64,000 nt of DNA from Fimbriimonadales bacterium (GTDB lineage Bacteria; Armatimonadota; Fimbriimonadia; Fimbriimonadales; GBS-DC). How positions within the stretch are numbered: the stretch's first letter is position 1; each line of letters begins with the position of its first letter. Location of the stretch: assembly GCA_025998675.1 (NCBI GenBank), contig AP024673.1:1990562-2054561 (forward strand), given 5' to 3'. Position numbers and translations under genes: made by a program. Shown here one piece after another: positions 1 through 10,966 of this stretch. Below the pieces are notes generated by a model. It had not been told where the DNA came from. It worked only from the letters and a program-made list of their open reading frames with translations, and made no database searches.

Positions 1-1
1 C

Positions 2-430
2 GCCGCCGAGCATGCCGAGACGCTCTGCTTCGCGGGCGACACGCACGGCGGGCTCATCTTCCCGCAGTTCCATCCCGGCTTCGACGCGATGTTCGCCTAT
101 GTGCGCCTGCTGGAGGCGACCCAGAAGCTCGGCTGCACCCTCTCCGAAGTGTACGACCAGATACCGCCGTTCTACACGCGCTATCGCGCGCTGCCCTGCC
201 CATGGGAACTCAAGGGGCGCGTGATGCGCCTGCTCGCGCAGGAGGTCAACGGGCGGGTGGAGACCATCGACGGACTGAAGGTCTACACCGACCATTCGTG
301 GGCGCTCGCGCTGCCCGACGCCTCTGAGCCGCTGATTCACCTGTTTGTGGAGTCGCGCACGCCCGAAGACGCCGAGCAGTTGACGGCGCAGTTCGCCGCG
401 CTGATTGAGCGATTCACCCAGAAGCCGTGA
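2..430 (+). CDS. phosphoglucomutase/phosphomannomutase family protein, C-terminal part (5' end outside window)
   Basis: Frame-2 translation '...WALALPDASEPLIHLFVESRTPEDAEQL' matches the PGM/PMM C-terminal domain signature (W.L.RPSGTEP..R.Y.E). The upstream frame is open to the window edge. Confidence 0.6.
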   Translation, partial: AAEHAETLCFAGDTHGGLIFPQFHPGFDAMFAYVRLLEATQKLGCTLSEVYDQIPPFYTRYRALPCPWELKGRVMRLLAQEVNGRVETIDGLKVYTDHSWALALPDASEPLIHLFVESRTPEDAEQLTAQFAALIERFTQKP

Positions 431-1430
431 ACGCCTCGCGCAGGTAGCGTGCGGCGTCTTCGGGCGCGGTGATGTTAATCCCGACGCCTGTGCCCAGTTC
501 GAAGCCCGCGTCGATGCTCAGGCGCGGCGCGATGCGCACGTACTCCCAGAACGCGCCGTCGCCGCCGAAGGGAGCAGTGAACAGCATATAGTTGTGGGGC
601 GGATTGCCCAGCGCGGCGTCCAGTCGGCGCAGGGCGTCCCGCAGCACATCGGCGAACTCGGTCAGGGCGTCTGGCTCCATCGTCGCCAGTTGCAACGCGG
701 GCGTTGTGGGCGCAATCGCCAGCTCGTAGGGCGCGCGCGCGGCGAACGGCGCGTACACTACGAACCGCGCCGACTGGTTCACCACGCGCATCCCCTCACG
801 CAGCTCCTGCTCCAGAATCGCCTCCATCGGGTGTCGCCCATGACGGCTCTGGTAGCGGGCGACGCCCTCGATATAACGCTGCAGGACTGGGGGCACGAAC
901 GGCAGTCCCACGAGCTGCGAATGGGGATGCTCCAGCGACGCGCCCGCTGTGCGTCCCTCATTGCGGAAAATGAGCGCCGTCCGCAGCCGCCCGTTCTGCG
1001 CCAGCGTCTGCAGTCGCCGCTGATACATGCGGATGACTTCGCGCCACTGCTGCGCCGATGCAACCACGGGCGTCTCGTTATGTCGGGGCGTCTCGATAAT
1101 CACCTCATGCACGCCGTAGCCGCCTGTGCGTGTGTAGACGCCTTCTGTGCTGGGGTCGGTGTGGCTGTCGGGCGCGAGCGCAGGGAACTTGTTCGGCACG
1201 GTGCGCACCCACCAGCCGGGCGCGTCAGGCGCAGTGCCCGCCTCGCGGAAGGCGTCTACCTCAGGCGGGGTCATCGATTCGTTGCCCACGCAGAACGGGC
1301 AGGTCGGCACGAACTCAGGCGCGGGCGCAGGGGGCGCATCGGGTTTCTTGAAATCGTGCGGGCGACGGCTGCGCTCGGTCGCGACAATCACCCGCTCCTC
1401 CGTGATGGGGTCGATTCGTATCTCAGGCAT
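414..1430 (-). CDS. galT: galactose-1-phosphate uridylyltransferase (GalT, HIT-like family)
   Basis: CPFC zinc motif and HPHSQ (H-x-H-x-Q) nucleotidyl-transfer motif; ~338 aa. Convergent 17-nt overlap with the mutase gene. Confidence 0.8.
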   Translation of the reverse strand: MPEIRIDPITEERVIVATERSRRPHDFKKPDAPPAPAPEFVPTCPFCVGNESMTPPEVDAFREAGTAPDAPGWWVRTVPNKFPALAPDSHTDPSTEGVYTRTGGYGVHEVIIETPRHNETPVVASAQQWREVIRMYQRRLQTLAQNGRLRTALIFRNEGRTAGASLEHPHSQLVGLPFVPPVLQRYIEGVARYQSRHGRHPMEAILEQELREGMRVVNQSARFVVYAPFAARAPYELAIAPTTPALQLATMEPDALTEFADVLRDALRRLDAALGNPPHNYMLFTAPFGGDGAFWEYVRIAPRLSIDAGFELGTGVGINITAPEDAARYLREAFTASG

Positions 1431-1526
1431 ACGGACTATATTATGGCAAATGCACGTCCCCTCTTGCGCCCCGATAGCCCTGAGTCAATTGCCGCCGCCT
1501 GCCGATAATAACCGCTGGGGTACGCA

Positions 1527-2723
1527 ATGACCGAGCGGGTACTCATCGTGGACGACGAGGAAGATTTGCGCTATGTCTACACGCGCCAGTTGCGGGGCGA
1601 CGGCTACCTGCTGGACACTGCTGTCGATGGCGAGGAAGCCATCGAGAAGATACGCGCCAGCGAGTACGCCGTCATCCTGACCGATATGCGCATGCCGCGC
1701 AAGGACGGGCTGGCGGTCATCGCCGCCGCGCGTGAATACCTGCCCGACGCCGAAATCATCGTGCTGACGGGGCACGGCTCGCTGGAGAACGCGCTGCAGG
1801 CGTTCAAGGCGGGCAACATCTTCGAGTACCTGCTCAAGCCGCTGGACGACATCGGCGTGCTGAACACGGTTGTCGCACGCGCCATTGAGCGACGCAACCT
1901 GCGTAAACACAACCGCGAGCTGTTCGAGCAGCTCCAGCGCGCCTACGAAGAGCTGCGCCAGAAGTCGGAGATGCTGATTCAAAACGAGAAGATGTCGGCG
2001 ATTGGCGTGCTGGCGGCGGGCGTCGCGCACGAGTTGAACAACCCACTCACGGCGGTCGTCGGCTTCGCGCAGATGATTGCCGAGAAGCTGAAGGCGAATC
2101 GCCCCGACAACTGGAGCGACACGGATTACGAGCGTGCACTGCAATCGCTGGAGAACCTGGTGCAGGGCGCACATCGGGCGCGCGACATCGTGGGTAGCCT
2201 GCTCCGTTTTGCGCGGGCAAGCAAACCCGACGCCCGCAGCCTGATAGACATCAACCAGACCCTGCGCGACGCCTTCGTGTTCACAGAACACCTGCTGCTG
2301 CGCCACGGGATAGCGCTGGAGAAACAGCTTGCGCCTGAGCTGCCGCCCGTGTGGGGCAACGCCGCGCGCCTGCAACATGTGTTCACGAACCTGCTCATCA
2401 ACGCGCAGCAGGCGACTCCCAGCGGAGGAACCGTACGCGTGATTACGGAACGCGCCGAAGAGCCGAAAGGCGTGTGGGTGCATGTGGAAGATACGGGCGA
2501 GGGAATCGCTCCCGACGCCCTCGAGCAAATCTTCGAGCCGTTCTACACGCGCAAGGAGCAGGGCACGGGGCTGGGGCTTTCTATCGCCCGACAGATTGTG
2601 GAAGAGCATGGCGGCGATATTCGCGTCCAGAGCGAGCTGGGCAAGGGCGCGCGCTTCTCAGTGTTCTTGCCTGCCGACGAAGCGCATACGATTGATCCCA
2701 GCCAGCATACCCATGCCGCCTGA
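1527..2723 (+). CDS. hybrid response-regulator receiver / histidine kinase (REC-HisKA-HATPase_c), cytoplasmic
   Basis: N-terminal '[10 protein letters not shown]...LTDMRMP' receiver domain; HisKA H-box '[10 protein letters not shown]'; '[18 protein letters not shown]' G2 box. Confidence 0.85.
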   Translation: MTERVLIVDDEEDLRYVYTRQLRGDGYLLDTAVDGEEAIEKIRASEYAVILTDMRMPRKDGLAVIAAAREYLPDAEIIVLTGHGSLENALQAFKAGNIFEYLLKPLDDIGVLNTVVARAIERRNLRKHNRELFEQLQRAYEELRQKSEMLIQNEKMSAIGVLAAGVAHELNNPLTAVVGFAQMIAEKLKANRPDNWSDTDYERALQSLENLVQGAHRARDIVGSLLRFARASKPDARSLIDINQTLRDAFVFTEHLLLRHGIALEKQLAPELPPVWGNAARLQHVFTNLLINAQQATPSGGTVRVITERAEEPKGVWVHVEDTGEGIAPDALEQIFEPFYTRKEQGTGLGLSIARQIVEEHGGDIRVQSELGKGARFSVFLPADEAHTIDPSQHTHAA

Positions 2724-2728
2724 TCCCC

Positions 2729-2756
2729 TTGACAAATGCCCATCGTCGGGTATACT
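2729..2756 (+). promoter_or_regulatory. sigma70-type promoter for recA: TTGACA-N16-TATACT
   Basis: Consensus -35 TTGACA (2729-2734) and -10 TATACT (2751-2756), 36 bp upstream of the recA ATG. AGGAGA RBS at 2781. Confidence 0.55.
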
Positions 2757-2759
2757 CCT

Positions 2760-2775
2760 GTAGACACTTATCTAC
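2760..2775. promoter_or_regulatory. palindrome GTAGA-N6-TCTAC overlapping the predicted recA transcription start (candidate operator)
   Basis: Perfect 5-bp inverted repeat immediately downstream of the -10. No canonical CTGT-N8-ACAG or GAAC-N4-GTTC LexA box is seen. Confidence 0.25.
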
Positions 2776-2791
2776 TCATCAGGAGACGACG

Positions 2792-3850
2792 ATGGCGACG
2801 AACAACATTTCGGCAGCGGACAAGCAGAAGGCGCTGGAAGCCGCGATTGCGCAGGCGGAGCGTCAGTTCGGCAAAGGGAGCGTGATGCGTCTGGGCGAGG
2901 CGACTCGCCTGCAGGTCGCCGCTATTCCGACGGGCAGCACCGCGCTGGACGCCGCGCTGGGCGTGGGCGGCATCCCTCGTGGACGCATCATCGAGGTCTA
3001 CGGCACGGAATCATCGGGCAAGACAACGCTCGCCCTGCACATGATTGCCGAAGCGCAAAAACTCGGCGGCAACGCGCTGTTTGTGGACGCAGAACACGCC
3101 TTAGACCCCGAATACGCCCGCGCGATTGGAGTCGATGTGGATCGGCTGTTCATCTCGCAGCCCTCTACAGGCGACGAGGCGCTGGAGATTATGGACACGC
3201 TGATTCGAAGCGGCGCGTTCGATATCGCTGTGCTGGACTCGGTGGCGGCGCTGATGCCCCGTCAGGAGGTGGAGGGCGACATCGGCGATGTGACGGTCGG
3301 GGCGCAGGCGCGGCTGATGTCGCAAGCGCTGCGCAAACTGGGTGCGTCCGCCGCCAAAAGCAACACCGCCGTGGTGTTCATCAACCAGATTCGCGAGAAA
3401 GTGGGCGTGATGTACGGCAATCCCGAAACGACCCCAGGCGGGCGCGCGCTCAAGTTCTGGGCGTCGGTGCGTCTGGAAGTGCGCCGCGTGGACAACATCA
3501 AGCAGGGCAACGAGATTATCGGCGTGCGCACGCGCGTCAAGGTGGTCAAAAACAAGGTCGCGCCGCCCTTCCGACAGGCGGAGTTCGATGTCATCTTCGG
3601 GCAGGGCATCTCGAGGCTCGGCGACTTGATTGACCAGGCGCTCGCGCTGGGTGTGATTCAAAAATCGGGCACATGGTTCAGCTTCGGGGACACGCGCCTG
3701 GGGCAGGGACGCGAGAACGCGCGCGCCTATCTGGAGCAGAACCCCGAGCTGGCAGAGCAGATTGAGCAGCAGGTACGCGCCCAGATGACGCCAACCGCCG
3801 TCGTCGCCGCCGCTACCGATGCGGACGCGATAGCGGAAGCCGTCGAGTAA
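2792..3850 (+). CDS. recA: recombinase RecA
   Basis: '[20 protein letters not shown]' Walker A; '[14 protein letters not shown]' motif; canonical length from the ATG at 2792 with RBS. Confidence 0.97.
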   Translation: MATNNISAADKQKALEAAIAQAERQFGKGSVMRLGEATRLQVAAIPTGSTALDAALGVGGIPRGRIIEVYGTESSGKTTLALHMIAEAQKLGGNALFVDAEHALDPEYARAIGVDVDRLFISQPSTGDEALEIMDTLIRSGAFDIAVLDSVAALMPRQEVEGDIGDVTVGAQARLMSQALRKLGASAAKSNTAVVFINQIREKVGVMYGNPETTPGGRALKFWASVRLEVRRVDNIKQGNEIIGVRTRVKVVKNKVAPPFRQAEFDVIFGQGISRLGDLIDQALALGVIQKSGTWFSFGDTRLGQGRENARAYLEQNPELAEQIEQQVRAQMTPTAVVAAATDADAIAEAVE

Positions 3851-3859
3851 GGGATTCGC

Positions 3860-5827
3860 GTGTTGCGCGAACGCACGGCGTGGGCAAACGCCGCGGGAAT
3901 GCTCATCGTGCTGATTGTCGTCGGCGCGCTCTATGCCCCGACGCTCAGTTTCGGCTTCGTGTGGGATGACGATCAGGTGATTTACGGGCGCATAGACTAC
4001 CAGTCGCCGTCGCGCTGGCTGGAGGCGGTGCGCCAGCCGCTGGACTTCTCGCCGAACTATTTCCGCCCGCTCGCGCTCAGCAGCCTGCTCGTACAACTCT
4101 GGCTCTGGGGGAGCAATCCTGCGCCGTTCCATGCGGCGAATGTGTTGATTCACCTGCTGAACACCGCGCTGGTGGGCGCGCTGGGGCTACGGCTGTTGCG
4201 CGGGCGCTGGTACGGGCTGCTCGCGGGCGCGCTGTACGGCGTGCATCCTGCGCTGGTGGAGAGCGTGGCGTTCGTCTCCTCGCGCTATGACCTGCTGGCG
4301 ACGCTCTTTTTGCTGCTCGCACTGTGGCTGGAAGGGCGACTGCAGGGCGCGGCGCGTGTGGGGGGCGTCTCGGCGGTGTTCCTGCTCGCGCTGCTGTGCA
4401 AAGAGATGGCGATTACGCTGCCTCTGGTGTTGCTGCTATGGCAGGGGGCGACGCATGCCGACGCGAACGGGCGTCTGGGGCTTGCGGCGCTGCTGCGCCG
4501 TGAGCGTGCGCTGTATCTGGGGCTGGCGGCGGCGCTGGGCGTCTATCTGGCGATACGCTACGCCGCGCTGGGCTACCTGTTCACACAGCCCGTGGACAGT
4601 CTGCAGATTGACGCGGGGACGCCCCTGCAACATCTGCTGCTGGTCGGGCGCACGCTGACGACGCTACTGGGGCTTGTGCTGTTCCCGTTTTTCAGCATTG
4701 CCCCTGCGCACCATTCGGAGTTGCCTGTGCCGCTGCGCGACGGCTGGGCGTGGGCGCAGCTCGGGCTGGCGGGGGCGGCGCTGATAGTTGCAATCTGGCT
4801 GGCGCGTCGGCAGCCGCGCGTCGGGCGGCTTGCGCTTGCGGGGCTGATTGCGCTGCTGCCCGTGCTGAACCTGCGCCCGCTGGAGTTCGCGTATGGAATC
4901 TTCACGGCGGAGCGGTTCCTGACCTTCCCGCTCGCGCTGCTGACGCTGGGACTGACCTCAGGAGCGTTCGGGTGGATACGCCGTGCGCCTGCGGCGGCGA
5001 GTATGCTGGCGGGCTTTGCAGGCGCGCTGCTGCTGACAACCGCCTACAACCTGCCCAACTGGCGCGACGCCGAATCGCTCTGGAAGTGGTTCACTGTCGC
5101 CGCGCCGCGCTCGCCCATCGGCTACAGCAACCTGTCCGACCTGTATAACAAGCAGGGGCGACATACTGAAGCGCTGGAGTACGCGGAAAAGGCGATCCAG
5201 ATTGCCCCGCGCAGTGGGATGGGCTATGTGAACAAGGGCGTCGCGCGGCTGCGGCTGGGCGACCCCGACGGCGCGATTGCCCTGTTCCGCCAGGCGACCG
5301 AAATCGAGCCGACCAACACCACAGGCTGGAACAATCTGGCGGTGATGCTCTCCGAGCGCGGGCAACACGCCGAAGCGGAGCGCATCATCAAGCAACATGT
5401 GCTGAATCGCCCGCCGCAGTTTATGGGGCGTCAGGCGCTGGGGCTGATTTACGCGCGGATGGCGCGGCTGGACTTAGCGGAAACGGAGTTCCGCGCCGCC
5501 TATGCGCTGCTGCCGAACCCTGCAGGCTCCGTGCCCGAACAGGGGCTGCGCGAACTGGAGAGCGCAAGCAAATGGATTGCCGCCGCGCACCAGTGGATGA
5601 ATCAGGGCGAGCTGGCGCTGGCGGAGACGCACCTGCATGGCGCGGCGCAACGCGACCCCGACAAAATCGCCTACGGGATTGCGCTGGCGCGTCTGCGCCT
5701 GCTGCAGAACCGCCCCGCCGAAGCGAAGCGACTCCTGAACGAACTGCAGGCGAGCGGCTACCGCGACCCGACGATAGACGCGCTCCTATCCGAAGCGAAC
5801 CAGAAGCTCAAAGGCGTCAGTCGCTAA
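3860..5827 (+). CDS. membrane glycosyltransferase-like (PMT_2/ArnT-like) protein with C-terminal TPR repeats
   Basis: Multiple N-terminal TM helices, then TPR-like repeats ('YSNLSDLYNKQGRHTEALEYAEKAIQIAP...'). GTG start. Confidence 0.6.
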   Translation: MLRERTAWANAAGMLIVLIVVGALYAPTLSFGFVWDDDQVIYGRIDYQSPSRWLEAVRQPLDFSPNYFRPLALSSLLVQLWLWGSNPAPFHAANVLIHLLNTALVGALGLRLLRGRWYGLLAGALYGVHPALVESVAFVSSRYDLLATLFLLLALWLEGRLQGAARVGGVSAVFLLALLCKEMAITLPLVLLLWQGATHADANGRLGLAALLRRERALYLGLAAALGVYLAIRYAALGYLFTQPVDSLQIDAGTPLQHLLLVGRTLTTLLGLVLFPFFSIAPAHHSELPVPLRDGWAWAQLGLAGAALIVAIWLARRQPRVGRLALAGLIALLPVLNLRPLEFAYGIFTAERFLTFPLALLTLGLTSGAFGWIRRAPAAASMLAGFAGALLLTTAYNLPNWRDAESLWKWFTVAAPRSPIGYSNLSDLYNKQGRHTEALEYAEKAIQIAPRSGMGYVNKGVARLRLGDPDGAIALFRQATEIEPTNTTGWNNLAVMLSERGQHAEAERIIKQHVLNRPPQFMGRQALGLIYARMARLDLAETEFRAAYALLPNPAGSVPEQGLRELESASKWIAAAHQWMNQGELALAETHLHGAAQRDPDKIAYGIALARLRLLQNRPAEAKRLLNELQASGYRDPTIDALLSEANQKLKGVSR

Positions 5828-6339
5828 TCCCCTGCCTCCTGCTTGTAAAGCGCCATAATCTTCGGGCGCGTGAGGAAGTAGGCGCTTATCGTAGGATAAA
5901 GCGCGCCCAACAGCAGACGCGGCACAGGGCGCGCCGTGCGATCCTCTATCTGATAGCGTTGCCGAAAACCCTCGTAGACCGTCTCGTTGAGGATAATCCG
6001 ATCCACGACCAGCCAGAGCAACGCGCCGATGATGTAGCCCGTCATCAGCCACCAGCCTCTGGGCTGCAGGCGCAAAAGACCAATTGCGCCGAAAAACAGA
6101 AGCGCGTTCAGTCCCGTCTGCACCGTTAGCGAGAGGAGTCTCCACAGACGCACTTCCGAATCGCGCATCGCCTGGAGAAAGAGCGACGCTTCGGGGGAGT
6201 CGCTGCGCCGCACGAACTCGGTAAACCATTCGGGCGTGGCGACAGTGATGTAAAGCCCGCCGATACCTGACAGGGTTCCCAGCAAGCCCCAGACAACGCC
6301 AATAACCCCGATAATCGTTATTGAGAGCGGTCGCTGCAT
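5824..6339 (-). CDS. hypothetical polytopic membrane protein
   Basis: Four predicted TM segments; start chosen at internal Met (MQRPLSITIIGV...). No recognizable family. Confidence 0.45.
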   Translation of the reverse strand: MQRPLSITIIGVIGVVWGLLGTLSGIGGLYITVATPEWFTEFVRRSDSPEASLFLQAMRDSEVRLWRLLSLTVQTGLNALLFFGAIGLLRLQPRGWWLMTGYIIGALLWLVVDRIILNETVYEGFRQRYQIEDRTARPVPRLLLGALYPTISAYFLTRPKIMALYKQEAGD

Positions 6340-6434
6340 CTGTGCGATTCGTTTCGCGCGCGTGAGAAGCGTTCCTGCTGGTTCACAGTGATATGAGGGT
6401 GCAGGCAGGGCATACACACCCTGCCCGCGATGGA

Positions 6435-7292
6435 TTAGCGTGCGGAACCCCATGAGTTCAGCCCCTGAACATAGATGTGATCCACCCAGTTCAGGCGTCC
6501 CTTTTGCATCGACTTCGCGTGTCCGTCGGTGAACACGGTTGTGGTGGTGTTGTTATGGCGGAAGCGCGGCATCACGGCGGAGTGCGGCCAGACGCCGTTC
6601 CATGTGCGCGGCGACCAATCGCGGTCGGGGTTCGGATAGGAAACGCCCGTCGCGTTGCGGTTCGCCGGACCGTTGGGCCAGCCTGCGGCGGGGTTCTCCC
6701 ACGCCCACACATGCCCCGCGCTCATGAAAAACGGCCACGAGTTGGAGGTGCCGTCGGGCTGCACATCCTGAAAGTCGGCGCGCCCCTTCTCCAGCACCAT
6801 AGCAATCTCGGAGGGGCGGTCAATCTGGGCTAACGAGGCGGACGGGTCGGCGCAGGGCTGAATCTCGCCCGGCGAATTCCACCAGCACCCACGAAAGAGC
6901 GACTCATGAACGCCGTAGTGGAACACCTGCTTCGGGTCAGGGTGCGACGGGCAGATGAAGATGCCGCCGACCCCGCGCGCCGCGCCATGCCCACTGGTAC
7001 CGTACTGCCCCGCCTTCACATAGGGCGCAATATCCATCGTCCACGCGCGTCGGCGTCCGGGTACCTGCGCGTCGCCCCAGTCGCGCCACTGCTGGAAGGG
7101 GAACATCTCGTCGTAGTCGTTCACATACATCATCGTCGCCAGTCCAATCTGCTTGCCGTTGGACAGACAGGTCGTTTGACGCGCCTTCTCACGCGCCTGA
7201 GCAAACACGGGAAACAATATCGCGGCGAGAATCGCGATTATCGCGATGACGACCAGCAGCTCGATAAGCGTAAAGCCATGCCGGGTTTTCAT
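6435..7292 (-). CDS. prepilin-type N-terminal cleavage/methylation domain protein with DUF1559 (H-X9-DG) domain
   Basis: '[38 protein letters not shown]' class III signal/pseudopilin N-terminus; GGAGG RBS 7 nt upstream of the ATG at 7292. Paralog of 52189..53058. Confidence 0.85.
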   Translation of the reverse strand: MKTRHGFTLIELLVVIAIIAILAAILFPVFAQAREKARQTTCLSNGKQIGLATMMYVNDYDEMFPFQQWRDWGDAQVPGRRRAWTMDIAPYVKAGQYGTSGHGAARGVGGIFICPSHPDPKQVFHYGVHESLFRGCWWNSPGEIQPCADPSASLAQIDRPSEIAMVLEKGRADFQDVQPDGTSNSWPFFMSAGHVWAWENPAAGWPNGPANRNATGVSYPNPDRDWSPRTWNGVWPHSAVMPRFRHNNTTTTVFTDGHAKSMQKGRLNWVDHIYVQGLNSWGSAR

Positions 7293-7324
7293 AGAAACCT
7301 CCCACCCCAATTGAACTCCACAGC

Positions 7325-7410
7325 GCATTAAGTAATATTTAAAAAGTGTTAAAATTGTGTTAAAAATTGCTGAAGCGATATTTTCAAATTTCGTATCCAT
7401 AGGCTGCTCC
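7325..7410. promoter_or_regulatory. AT-rich promoter region of the DUF1559 gene with direct repeat TGTTAAAA(T)TG x2
   Basis: Local GC drops to ~30% in a 65% GC genome; tandem 'agtgttaaaattgtgttaaaaattg'. Confidence 0.3.
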
Positions 7411-7436
7411 CCCGCAGCGGCTAAGCGTCGTTGCAA

Positions 7437-7590
7437 TAAGTGTTTAGCAGCCCCTCTACCCGTGCACGCGCACAGGCAGGTCCTTTGAAGCGCAGCTTCA
7501 GCATGCGGAAGCCCCGCTTCCGCACTCCATACGGACGGCGCTTCGCGCACATGTTGTCCATGCATCGCAAAGACACATAGTGGACAGGAA
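7437..7590. repeat. palindromic intergenic repeat element, copy A (MITE/REP-like)
   Basis: Shares a core 'gaagcg..agcttcagc..gcggaagcYccgcttccgcactccata' and the flank '..gcaaagacacWtagtg.aca' with copy B at 13218..13395. Core is a hairpin GCGGAAGC/GCTTCCGC. Confidence 0.6.
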
Positions 7591-7649
7591 CCGCACCGTG
7601 CGAGCCGTGAGTCTCTGTAGGGTATACTCCACCTGCTGGAGGCTATCGT

Positions 7650-8171
7650 ATGGAGCGTGCGAACGCAGTGACCTTTCTGGGAAATCCACTAACTCTGGTT
7701 GGCAAGCCGCTGTCGCCGGGCGAACCCGCGCCGAATGCAACCGTTCTCAAACAAGACCTGACGCCCATCAACATCCACGACTATAAAGGGCACACGCTGC
7801 TGATCAGCGTTGTGCCGTCGCTGGACACAGGCGTCTGCAGCGCGCAGACCAAAAAGTTCAACGAAGAGGCGAGCCAGCTCCCTGAGTCGGTGAAGGTGCT
7901 GACCATCAGTATGGACCTGCCCTTCGCGCAGAAGCGATTCTGTGGCGCGGAGAACATCGACCGAATCGAGGTGCTGTCCGACCATCGCGAGGGGGCGTTC
8001 GGGCAGGCGTATGGCGCTCTGGTGAAGGAGTTGCGCATCCTGAGCCGCGCGGTGTTTGTGATCGACCCGCAGGGCGTCGTGCGCTACGCGGAGTATGTGC
8101 CCGAAATCGCCCAGCATCCGAACTACGACGCCGCGCTGGAAGCTGTGCGCGCCGTCGCGGGGCAGGAGTGA
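7650..8171 (+). CDS. tpx: thiol peroxidase (atypical 2-Cys peroxiredoxin, Tpx)
   Basis: '[24 protein letters not shown]' peroxidatic Cys motif; resolving Cys in 'KRFCGAENI'; 173 aa. Confidence 0.9.
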   Translation: MERANAVTFLGNPLTLVGKPLSPGEPAPNATVLKQDLTPINIHDYKGHTLLISVVPSLDTGVCSAQTKKFNEEASQLPESVKVLTISMDLPFAQKRFCGAENIDRIEVLSDHREGAFGQAYGALVKELRILSRAVFVIDPQGVVRYAEYVPEIAQHPNYDAALEAVRAVAGQE

Positions 8172-9787
8172 ACCCGATGAACTGGCTACCCGTCCCACGC
8201 ACCGTGGAGGTTTCGTCCGAGCGGCTGCCCTTTGCAGGGTGCCACGCGATTAAGACGCCCGCAGGCTGGGAGTCCGCCGTCGCGCCGTTGCGCGCGCTGG
8301 GCGAGGCGTTCGGCGGCTGGACGGCGTTTGTAGAACATGACGCCAGCCTGCCCCGCGAGGGCTATCGCCTGACGGTGGAAAACGCCCGAATCACCATCCA
8401 TGCGGAGTCGCCCCGCGCCGCCTTCTACGCCTGCCAGACCCTGCTGCAGGCGTGGGACGGCAAATCGCTCCCCCAGATGACGGTGGACGACCATCCAACC
8501 CTTGAATGGCGCGGCGTGGTGGAGGGCTTTTATGGCGTCCCGTGGACGCACACCGCGCGCCTGCGCATGCTCGACTTTATGGGCGCGCATAAGATGAACA
8601 TCTACCTCTACGCGCCGAAAGACGACCCGTATCACCGCGAACGCTGGCGCGAGCCGTACCCACACGCCGACGCCCAGCGCCTGAAGGAACTCGTGCAACG
8701 CGCCCAGAGCCAGTTCATCGAGTTTGTGTTCTGCATCAGCCCCGGGCTGTCAATGGTCTACTCGGACCCTGCGGAGTTCGAGCGGCTGGTCGCCAAAATC
8801 GAGGCGGTGCGGCAGATGGGCGTGCGGAGCTTCGGGCTGCTGGTGGACGACATCCCCGAAGAGCTGCAACACGAGGCGGACAAAAAAGCGTACCAGTCGC
8901 TGGCGCACGCGCACGCCGACCTCGCGAACCGATTGCACCAGTGGCTGCGCGAACGGGACGCCGACAGCTGGCTGATTGTCTGCCCGACCTTCTATCATAA
9001 TCTGGGCGAGCCGCCCTATGTCAAAGAGCTGGGCGAACGCACTGCAGCAGGCGTCTCCATCATGTGGACAGGGGCGAAGGTGGTCTCACGCGCCATCCCG
9101 CACGAGGACGCCGAGCTGTTCAAACTCGCCATCCGTCGCAAGCCCTTCGTGTGGGACAACTACCCTGTGAACGACTACGAACCCAGCCGATTGCTGCTGG
9201 GACCCATCACCGGGCGCGACGCCGAGACGCTCAGACGCCTCGAGGCGCTGGTCTCGAACCCGATGAATCAGGCGGAGGCGTCGAAGGTCGCGCTGGGCAC
9301 TTACGCGGATTTCCTGTGGAACGCGGAGGCGTATGACCCCCAGCGCAGCTGGCGCGCCTCGATTGCCCATCTGGTGGGCGCTGACGCCGCGCCCGTGATG
9401 CTGGAGTTCTGTCAGCAGAACCTGTGGACGCGCCACTGGAAGGAAGAGCCGCCCGCCGTTGAACGCGCCATCGAAGAGTGGCAAACCACAGGCGACAACG
9501 ACGCCCTGCGCGAGGCGTTCCAGAATCTCTACACCCTCCCGCGCCGCCTCAAGCAAGCCGTCCACGACCCCGAACTCATCGAGGAGATGGAGCCATGGCT
9601 GCTGCGGCTGGAGCAAATCACGGAGCTGGCGCTGGAGCTGCTGGACCAGATCGACGAAGACGACCTGCGCCCGCGCCAGATTCTCGCACGGCTGGAAGCC
9701 ATCCGCGAGACGAACGACGCGGTGGTGTGCGACGGCTGGATTGAACGCTGGATCCGCGAAACCGTCGAAGAGCTAACTGAGGGATGA
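8168..9787 (+). CDS. GH84-family beta-N-acetylglucosaminidase (O-GlcNAcase/hyaluronoglucosaminidase-like)
   Basis: '[52 protein letters not shown]...[12 protein letters not shown]' closely matches the GH84 catalytic domain. GTG start overlaps the tpx stop (alternative ATG at 8177). Confidence 0.85.
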   Translation: MNPMNWLPVPRTVEVSSERLPFAGCHAIKTPAGWESAVAPLRALGEAFGGWTAFVEHDASLPREGYRLTVENARITIHAESPRAAFYACQTLLQAWDGKSLPQMTVDDHPTLEWRGVVEGFYGVPWTHTARLRMLDFMGAHKMNIYLYAPKDDPYHRERWREPYPHADAQRLKELVQRAQSQFIEFVFCISPGLSMVYSDPAEFERLVAKIEAVRQMGVRSFGLLVDDIPEELQHEADKKAYQSLAHAHADLANRLHQWLRERDADSWLIVCPTFYHNLGEPPYVKELGERTAAGVSIMWTGAKVVSRAIPHEDAELFKLAIRRKPFVWDNYPVNDYEPSRLLLGPITGRDAETLRRLEALVSNPMNQAEASKVALGTYADFLWNAEAYDPQRSWRASIAHLVGADAAPVMLEFCQQNLWTRHWKEEPPAVERAIEEWQTTGDNDALREAFQNLYTLPRRLKQAVHDPELIEEMEPWLLRLEQITELALELLDQIDEDDLRPRQILARLEAIRETNDAVVCDGWIERWIRETVEELTEG

Positions 9788-10866
9788 ACACTTTCGGACA
9801 CCTGTTCCGCATCACGACCTGGGGCGAGTCGCACGGGGGCGCGGTGGGCGTGGTGGTTGATGGGTGCCCTCCGCGCATTCCCATCACGCCCGAAGAGATT
9901 CAGTTCGAGCTGGATCGCCGCCGTCCGGGGCAGAGCAAGCTCGTGACCCAGCGCAAGGAGAGCGATACGGTACACATCTTATCGGGCGTGTTCGAGGGGC
10001 AGACGCTGGGCACGCCAATCCTGATGCTGGTGTGGAATGAGGACGCGCGTCCGCACGCCTACGAGAGCTTCAAGCATCTCTACCGTCCCTCACATGCCGA
10101 CTACACCTATCAGGCGAAGTACGGGATTCGCAACTGGCAGGGCGGCGGGCGCAGCAGCGCGCGCGAGACCATCGGGCGCGTGGCGGCGGGCGCGCTCGCC
10201 AAAAAGGTATTGCGCACGCTCTGGGAGGTGGAGGTGCTGGCATGGGTGGAGCAGATTCACACTATCGAAGCGCAGGTAGACCCCGACGCCGTCTCGCTGG
10301 AGGCGGTGGAGAGCAATCCCGTGCGCTGCCCTGACCCCGACGCCGCGCAGAAGATGATTCGCCGCATCGAACAGGTGCGCAAGCAGGGCGACTCGGTGGG
10401 AGGGGTTATTCGGTGCGTCGCGCGGAATGCGCCGCCGGGCTGGGGCAGCCCGGTGTTCGATAAGCTGGAAGCGGATCTTGCGAAGGCGGTCATGAGCCTG
10501 CCTGCCAGCAAAGGCTTCGAAATCGGGTCGGGCTTTCGCGGCGCGCGCCTGCGCGGCAGCGAACACAACGACGAGTTCTACACCGACGAGTTCGGACGCA
10601 TCCGCACCCGCACCAACTTCTCTGGCGGCGTGCAGGGCGGCATCAGCAACGGCGAACGGATCGATATTCGCGTCGCGTTCAAGCCGACTGCCACGATTTT
10701 CAAGCCGCAGGCGACCGTGAGCGAGACGGGCGAGGCGGCGACCCTGCAGGCGCGCGGACGCCACGACCCCTGCGTGCTGCCCCGCGCCGTGCCGATGGTG
10801 GAAGCGATGGTCGCCCTCGTGCTGGTGGACCATGCCCTGCGCCATCGCGGGCAGTGCGGCGAATGA
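9784..10866 (+). CDS. aroC: chorismate synthase
   Basis: '[32 protein letters not shown]', '[17 protein letters not shown]', '[17 protein letters not shown]' AroC signatures. Confidence 0.95.
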   Translation: MNTFGHLFRITTWGESHGGAVGVVVDGCPPRIPITPEEIQFELDRRRPGQSKLVTQRKESDTVHILSGVFEGQTLGTPILMLVWNEDARPHAYESFKHLYRPSHADYTYQAKYGIRNWQGGGRSSARETIGRVAAGALAKKVLRTLWEVEVLAWVEQIHTIEAQVDPDAVSLEAVESNPVRCPDPDAAQKMIRRIEQVRKQGDSVGGVIRCVARNAPPGWGSPVFDKLEADLAKAVMSLPASKGFEIGSGFRGARLRGSEHNDEFYTDEFGRIRTRTNFSGGVQGGISNGERIDIRVAFKPTATIFKPQATVSETGEAATLQARGRHDPCVLPRAVPMVEAMVALVLVDHALRHRGQCGE

Positions 10867-10966
10867 ACCCCGCTATCTCTACAGTTTCGAGGTCTCCCAT
10901 CTCAAAAAATTCGCCGCGTGTGGCAATAATCTCCCTGCGCACGGATGCGTAGGGAGGCGAAACAGG

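Noticed and set aside
405-1508. 367-aa plus-strand ORF
   Set aside because: Antisense to galT, which has clear catalytic motifs. Arg-rich low-complexity translation.
1485-2609. 374-aa minus-strand ORF
   Set aside because: Antisense to the REC-HisKA-HATPase hybrid gene, which carries unambiguous domain signatures.
3101-4153. 350-aa minus-strand ORF
   Set aside because: Antisense to recA and the PMT/TPR gene; no family similarity.
10832-10966. Upstream 45 codons of the HD-GYP regulator ORF
   Set aside because: Overlaps the aroC C-terminus. An ATG at 10967 with AGGGAGG RBS gives a normal REC-domain N-terminus.
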